A stretch of DNA of 64,000 bases from positions 31,760-95,759 of the forward strand of contig JAHFFT010000002.1 of the NCBI GenBank assembly GCA_023247795.1, read 5' to 3'. Below the pieces are notes generated by a model that had not been told where the DNA came from, ran no database searches, and worked only from the letters and a program-made list of their open reading frames with translations. How positions within the stretch are numbered: the first letter of the stretch is position 1; the number at the start of each line of letters is the position of its first letter. Source of the stretch: Candidatus Omnitrophota bacterium (GTDB taxonomy: Bacteria; Omnitrophota; Gorgyraeia; Zapsychrales; JANLHA01). The translations under genes and the position numbers were made by a program. Shown in pieces: positions 58,867-64,000 of the stretch.

Positions 58867-59189
58867 TTATTTAGTTTGTCATTAGGAGCTATTTGATCTG
58901 TTTTAGTTTGCACTTGTTGGTTTTTTTTATTGGGTTTAATCGGATGAGCAATTGTTTGGAAGTAGATAAAAGGGATAAAAAATATCCCGAAACAAAAAAT
59001 GATGAGAAACGGTGTCCCCAGGACAAATTGAATATAGGAAGGGAGCTTGAGTTTGAATTTTTTGGCGTTCTTTTTTTGGAGGGCCGTGTATTCGGCGTAA
59101 GATAATTTTTGAAAGCCGCGGTCCTTGTATTTATTTTGAATGCTTTGTTGTTCTTGCGATTGTTGCGGTGGAGTGTTTTCGGTTGTCAT
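58863..59189 (-). CDS. hypothetical membrane protein with a Q-rich N-terminus
   Basis: Precedes the cvpA-like gene on the minus strand, overlapping it by 4 nt. One or two TM segments. Start uncertain (59189 or 59228). Confidence 0.3.
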   Translation of the reverse strand: MTTENTPPQQSQEQQSIQNKYKDRGFQKLSYAEYTALQKKNAKKFKLKLPSYIQFVLGTPFLIIFCFGIFFIPFIYFQTIAHPIKPNKKNQQVQTKTDQIAPNDKLNK

Positions 59190-59379
59190 TGTGTTGGCCC
59201 CTTTACTTTCATTTTTATGAAGATGCATTGTTTCAAAAAAATATTATGCTATTTTCTGGATAAAATCAATTTTTTTTAAAAAAAAGATTTCCAAGATGGA
59301 TTATTGCTAAAATTCATGTTAGAATTGATACAGATCAGGAAATAGTTGTTTTCTATAACCCATTTTTAATAAAAGAGTT

Positions 59380-59703
59380 ATGAAAATTCGACGAGAACAT
59401 CGTAAAAATTCCCGAAAGCCCTGCCAGGTGCCGATTGATGCCAAACGGCAGTCTATTTTTGATCAGTTTTGCAGTGTGGATATCAGCAAAGGTGGAGTTG
59501 GGTTCATTTCTAAAAAGCCGATCGCGTTATCCGCGAAGATTGCCATCGAGTTAGAAGTTGACCCCAATCAAGGTTCGGCCTTGATGATGGGGAAGGTGGT
59601 GTGGGTTAAGCCGGACCAGAAAAGACATCACTACCGAGTTGGTATCAAATTTACAAAAGTCCTGTTCCCAAGTTCCAAATCCCGCTTGAACGTTTTTCAC
59701 TGA
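59380..59703 (+). CDS. PilZ domain protein (c-di-GMP receptor)
   Basis: RREHRK (RxxxR) and DISKGGVGF (D/NxSxxG) motifs. Confidence 0.6.
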   Translation: MKIRREHRKNSRKPCQVPIDAKRQSIFDQFCSVDISKGGVGFISKKPIALSAKIAIELEVDPNQGSALMMGKVVWVKPDQKRHHYRVGIKFTKVLFPSSKSRLNVFH

Positions 59704-59854
59704 ATCAAAGGCCGCGGATTTTGGCTTAAGGGACCACATCGGCAGCAATCGCAATTAGCGGTTTCTTTTAAACTCAAGGTTTGCTATACTATAACGTCAA
59801 TAAAAGCGGCAGGACGTCCCGACCATTTTAGCAGCACTTGCTTAAGGAATTGTC

Positions 59855-60223
59855 ATGGCAGAATACAAAGAACAAGAAAAGCGTAGGACCTTTGAACGGT
59901 TTGTTGCCCGTTTCCCAGTCAAATTCCAACACGGCCGTGGCGATTACGGACAGGATGTTTTTTTGATTGATGCCTCTGCTCAGGGGGTCAAATTCACGAC
60001 GAAGAAACAGATGTATTTGCACGACAGCATCTCTTTGGAAGTCGAACTCCCAGACGGCAAAAAACCATTGGAGTTGAATGGCAAGGTTGTTTGGACCAAA
60101 AAGCGAGCCCCGGATTTATGGGACGTTGGGCTCGAATTTCATAAAATCCAACTGATGCAGATGCAGCGGATGTTTAAGCAGGTTGAACCCACTGATTATC
60201 CGCTCCCAGAGAATTACGAATAA
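59855..60223 (+). CDS. PilZ domain protein (second copy)
   Basis: EKRRTFERF (RxxxR) and DASAQGVKF (DxSxxG) motifs. Possible extended -10 (tgctatact) at 59782-59790. Confidence 0.6.
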   Translation: MAEYKEQEKRRTFERFVARFPVKFQHGRGDYGQDVFLIDASAQGVKFTTKKQMYLHDSISLEVELPDGKKPLELNGKVVWTKKRAPDLWDVGLEFHKIQLMQMQRMFKQVEPTDYPLPENYE

Positions 60224-60409
60224 GACCTGCTAGAGAAGAGTGAATAGAAAAATCCTGCACCAATAATCCGCCATAGATTTCCCAATATTTCCCGCAAAAG
60301 ACCTTGACCGTTTTCTGGGCCTGTGATAAACTCGCTACTTATTGTAAAATTGTAGTAGAAGTTAATCTTTAACGCGGGCAAGCATTTAAATAAAGAGGTT
60401 GCTTTTGTC

Positions 60410-62881
60410 ATGAAGTATGGTTCCTTTTCCGCGGATGGTTCTGAATATATCATAACCACTCCCAATACCCCGCGTCCTTGGATCAATTATCTAACCAACG
60501 AACATTACTGCTCGATCATTTCTCAGTGCGCTGGTGGTTACAGTTTTTACCGGGACTGCCGCACGAACCGGGTCACCCGCTGGGCGCCGGAGAATTGGCA
60601 TTTTGACCGTCCGGGAAAATACCTTTTCGTCCGCGATGGGAAAAAAGCCTGGTCGCTGACGTATCAACCTTTGCGGGTTGAGCCTACCTTTTATCAGTGC
60701 CGTCATGGACTCGGCTACACCACCATCGAATCGATCAATAACGGTGTCCATTCCCAAGTGACCTATTTTGTTCCGGAAAATGAGACCTGCGAAGTCTGGC
60801 TGGTGGAATTGACCAATCGAACGAAGAAAGATAAAGAATTGGAAGTGTATCCGTATGTCGAGTTTCTCATCGGTGATTATCAAGAAGAGCTTCGTTATCG
60901 TAATATCATGAACCTCTACAGTCGGGTTTGGTATGATCAGGATGAACAAGCGATTTTCGCCAAAAAGACCGCCATGTGGCAGGGGATGAATATCCAGCCC
61001 TTTGATACGCTGCTATTCTTTTGGTCTTCGCTTGATGTTAAGGGGGCCTGCACGCAAAAGGATGCTTTTGTCGGACGCTATAATACCGAGGAAAAGCCAG
61101 ACGCGATCTTGAAAGGGGATTTCAAACATTTTCCATTGTGTTCGGGTGAGGACGCGATTGGTTCGTTCAAACATGTGGTCAAGCTCAAGGCCGGACAAAG
61201 CAAAAAATTTACAGTTGTTTTAGGACAGATGCCTGGCCTTTCGGAAATCAAGCAGTTGTTGAAAAAATACCGCAATGTCAAAATCGCAGAGCAGGAGCTG
61301 GAAAACACCAAGTCGTTTTGGCGCAAACGGATTGTGGACAATATCAAGATTGAGACCCCGGATGAGGATTTTAATGTTCTCTATAACATTTGGGTAAAAT
61401 ATCAGGTGATGATTTGTAATCTCTGGTCGCGCTCCCCTAGCTATTATCATGAAGGTTCTGGCGGGCGGGGTTACCGCGATTCTTGCCAAGATTCCGAGGC
61501 GATTGTTTCGATCAATTCTGCGCTCGCCCGTCAGAAGATTTTAAAAATCGCGTCATTGATCCGTCGTGACGGGACATCGGCACCGGGATGGTCAGACACC
61601 ATGGGTCCGTACAAATTCCGTCCGAACAAAGATCATCCGATTTGGTTGACCACGACGGTCGCGGCGTATGTCAAAGAAACTGGAGATAAAGAGTTTCTGC
61701 AGGAATATGTTCCTTATCTGAAAGACCGTTGGATCAAAGGCTGGGACACCGACCCCAATTATCAAGAAGGATCGCAGACCGATGGAGAAGGGACGCTTTT
61801 GGAACATTTGGAGAAAAATTTGGAGTTTTGTTTCAATGATGTGGGCGAAAAAGGTTTTCCCCGCATCGGTCATGCTGACTGGAACGACGCGATCGACGCC
61901 GCTGGGATCAAACATCGCGGTGAAAGCGTTTGGTTGGCGCAGGGGCTGGTGCGTTCTTTAAAGATTTTGGCGGATTTGTGCGAATCTACGGGACAGTTGG
62001 AGAAAAAAGCAACGTATTTGCAAATGGCCAAGACCATGGATGAACGGATCAACACGGTCGGTTGGGACGGATCCTGGTACGCCCGCGGGTTCGATGATCA
62101 GGGGGTCGTCTATGGCAGTCAGCAGGACAAAGAGGGAAAGATATTTTTGAATACCCAGGCCTGGGCGGTGTTATCTGGTGTGGCCCGGGGGGAACGTTTG
62201 CAGAAGATTTTGGCGGCCGTGGATAAGCATCTTAACGGTGAGCATGGTTTGGCACTTTTTCATCCGGCCTATTCTTCCTGGGTCAAGCGGCTGGGCCGGA
62301 TCAGCATGTTTTCCGAGGGGACGAAAGAAAACGCGGCGGTGTTTTGCCATGCCGCAACTTTTATGGCGGTCGGTTATGCCATGAGCGGTTGCGGAGACAA
62401 GGCTTATGAGGCCGCGCGCAAAATTATGCCCAACGCCCAGAAGGATATGGATCTTTATAAGACCGAACCCTACGTCTTTGCCGAGTATTTGGTCGGTCCG
62501 GAAAACCCTTATCGCTACGGTGAAGGGGCGTTCACTTGGATCACTGGCTCTTCAGGGTGGAATTTCTTGCTGGCGACCGAATGGATCCTTGGCGCTCGAC
62601 GGGATTTTGATGGATTAAGGATTGATCCGTGTATCCCGAAGAAATGGAAGAAATGTTCCATCCGCCGGCCGTTTCGCGGGGATATTTATGAGATTGAGAT
62701 CAAGAACCCAGAAGGGGTTGAACAGGGTGTCCGGCGGATTTCAGTGGATGGCCGGGAGATTGAGGGTACCTTGATCATTCCGTTTGGCGATGGCCGGTCA
62801 CATAAAGTGGAAGTGACCATGGGGAGGTCGGCGCAGTCACCTGTACGCCCCCGAATTCTGACCTCGCAGGTTAGAAAATAA
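60410..62881 (+). CDS. GH94-family glycoside phosphorylase (cellobiose/cellodextrin/chitobiose phosphorylase-like)
   Basis: The N-terminus MKYGSFSADGSEYIITTPNTPRPWINYLTN…QCAGGYSFYRDCRTNRVTRW closely matches the conserved cellobiose-phosphorylase N-terminus. ~820 aa. GHADWNDA-type catalytic region. Confidence 0.7.
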   Translation: MKYGSFSADGSEYIITTPNTPRPWINYLTNEHYCSIISQCAGGYSFYRDCRTNRVTRWAPENWHFDRPGKYLFVRDGKKAWSLTYQPLRVEPTFYQCRHGLGYTTIESINNGVHSQVTYFVPENETCEVWLVELTNRTKKDKELEVYPYVEFLIGDYQEELRYRNIMNLYSRVWYDQDEQAIFAKKTAMWQGMNIQPFDTLLFFWSSLDVKGACTQKDAFVGRYNTEEKPDAILKGDFKHFPLCSGEDAIGSFKHVVKLKAGQSKKFTVVLGQMPGLSEIKQLLKKYRNVKIAEQELENTKSFWRKRIVDNIKIETPDEDFNVLYNIWVKYQVMICNLWSRSPSYYHEGSGGRGYRDSCQDSEAIVSINSALARQKILKIASLIRRDGTSAPGWSDTMGPYKFRPNKDHPIWLTTTVAAYVKETGDKEFLQEYVPYLKDRWIKGWDTDPNYQEGSQTDGEGTLLEHLEKNLEFCFNDVGEKGFPRIGHADWNDAIDAAGIKHRGESVWLAQGLVRSLKILADLCESTGQLEKKATYLQMAKTMDERINTVGWDGSWYARGFDDQGVVYGSQQDKEGKIFLNTQAWAVLSGVARGERLQKILAAVDKHLNGEHGLALFHPAYSSWVKRLGRISMFSEGTKENAAVFCHAATFMAVGYAMSGCGDKAYEAARKIMPNAQKDMDLYKTEPYVFAEYLVGPENPYRYGEGAFTWITGSSGWNFLLATEWILGARRDFDGLRIDPCIPKKWKKCSIRRPFRGDIYEIEIKNPEGVEQGVRRISVDGREIEGTLIIPFGDGRSHKVEVTMGRSAQSPVRPRILTSQVRK

Positions 62882-62966
62882 TGAAGGAGTCTTTTTGACA
62901 ACAAAAACAAGTCGTGTTAAACTAAAACTTGTTTGGGGACAAAAAGCAAAGCTTAATTTAAAGACC

Positions 62967-63012
62967 AGAGACTGTGGCTAGGCAATGGGCACTAGTCTCT
63001 TTTTTATTTTTT
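62967..63012 (+). terminator. rho-independent terminator after the GH94 gene
   Basis: agagact…agtctct stem enclosing an inner hairpin, followed by TTTTTATTTTTT. Confidence 0.5.
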
Positions 63013-63042
63013 GGAAAATCAGTCAGCGAGAAAACGAAAATT

Positions 63043-63999
63043 ATGGAAAATAGAAAAATGAAGAAATGTTGTTTAGCCTTGTTGGGTTGTTTGCTTTTTG
63101 TTTGGCTGGGATGCGCAGGAGGCGGTCCGAAATCAGACACCCTGGTGATTTGGCATTGGATGACCGACCGGCATAAAGTTTTTGAGCAGCTCGCGAAGAA
63201 GTACAAGGATGAAACCGGCCAAGAGGTGATATTCGAACTTTACGCCCCGTCAGATGTTTATTCTCAAAAAATCATTGCCTCGGCGCAGGCCCGTATCCTT
63301 CCCGATATTTTCGGTATCCTTGATAAAAAATCCGTGGTCGCTTCTTTCATCGAGAGCGGTTTTGTCGCGGACTTAACATCGGAGTTTGAAAAAGATAATG
63401 AGGCCTGGAAAAAAGACCTGTTCCCCAAGGCCCTGGCAGTCAATCAATTCGAAGAAGGCAATCCTTACAAGATCAAGCCCGGAATTTACGGGGTCCCGTT
63501 GGATGTCACGAATATTCAGATGTTGTACAATAAAAAATTATTGCAGAAGGCCGGTGTGGACCGGGTCCCGCAGACTTTTGCCGAGTTCGTCGACGCCACG
63601 CAGAAATTGAAACGGATTGGTGTCGCGGGTTTGGTTTCCGGTTGGGGAGAAATGTGGATGGTTGATTGTTTCGCTTCCAATTACGCCTTTAACATTTTGG
63701 GTGAAGAAAAGATCATGCAGACCTTTCAAGGAAAGGTCGCTTATACCGATCCCGATTGGGTCGCGGTTTTTCAGATGTTCGCGAAGCTGCGGGATTCCGG
63801 CGTGCTCGTTGAAGGGGTCGTGACGAAGGCCAATAAGTACGCCGAGCAGGATTTCGCGTTGGAGCGGGCGGCCTTCGCGTTCAATGGATCTTGGTGCGTC
63901 AATGTTTATCAAGATATGAATCCAGATTTGGACTATGGGGTCATGTTACCGCCCAAGATGTCGGATCGAAATCCGATGAAAATTTGGGGAGGAGCAGGG
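63043..63999 (+). CDS. ABC transporter sugar-binding lipoprotein (solute-binding family 1), 5' partial (runs off the window)
   Basis: MENRKMKKCCLALLGCLLFVWLGCAGG signal/lipobox. DTLVIWHW…ELYAP…GIYGVPLDVTNIQMLYNKKLL is typical of carbohydrate SBPs. No stop before the window end. Confidence 0.65.
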   Translation, partial: MENRKMKKCCLALLGCLLFVWLGCAGGGPKSDTLVIWHWMTDRHKVFEQLAKKYKDETGQEVIFELYAPSDVYSQKIIASAQARILPDIFGILDKKSVVASFIESGFVADLTSEFEKDNEAWKKDLFPKALAVNQFEEGNPYKIKPGIYGVPLDVTNIQMLYNKKLLQKAGVDRVPQTFAEFVDATQKLKRIGVAGLVSGWGEMWMVDCFASNYAFNILGEEKIMQTFQGKVAYTDPDWVAVFQMFAKLRDSGVLVEGVVTKANKYAEQDFALERAAFAFNGSWCVNVYQDMNPDLDYGVMLPPKMSDRNPMKIWGGAG

Positions 64000-64000
64000 T

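Overview
The sequence looks like a contiguous chromosomal segment from an uncultivated diderm bacterium. GC looks mid-range. The evidence for diderm is an Omp85-type beta-barrel, GGDEF/EAL/PilZ c-di-GMP genes and many TPR proteins. The lineage guess (e.g. Omnitrophota-like) is speculative. Almost all genes are on the + strand and tightly packed, and many overlap by 1-11 nt, consistent with long operons.

The left 26.5 kb is a surface-glycan / glycosylation supercluster:
- two SDR oxidoreductases
- three modules, each a DPM1/GtrB-like GT2 polyprenyl-phosphate-sugar synthase plus a SAM methyltransferase
- a zinc-ribbon C-methyltransferase (TylC3-like), an RmlD-like reductase, a Zn-ADH and an FAD oxidoreductase
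- six very hydrophobic polytopic membrane proteins: one of 717 aa, a tandem pair of 555/564 aa, and a tandem triplet of 1033/1037/1050 aa. The triplet has mosaic near-identity and conserved 3' repeats.

The triplet shares a first-loop motif (NGRIGGHDF) with two separate TMTC/PMT-like GT-C proteins further on (NGFIGDDH). This suggests a previously uncharacterised multi-paralog GT-C-type glycosyltransferase system.

The cluster ends at a tRNA-Asp. It is followed by a PIF1/RecD-like helicase, a GIY-YIG nuclease and a tRNA-binding protein.

The remainder is mostly housekeeping: fused pabB-pabC, an aminotransferase, era, nth, purH, folC, mnmE, rpsU, nnrE and yjbQ. Interspersed with these are:
- an M1 peptidase fused to an Omp85 beta-barrel
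- an S1 protease fused to TPR repeats
- a FIST sensor followed by a PAS-GGDEF-EAL protein, and two PilZ receptors
- a Ddl-like ATP-grasp, KamA radical-SAM and short-T-loop PII trio
- a GH94 phosphorylase with a sugar ABC-binding protein.

A family of CAAGTCTCAAG-type palindromic intergenic repeats recurs at five gene ends. One of them encodes the C-terminal tail of FolC. No CRISPR array, transposase or integrase was seen.
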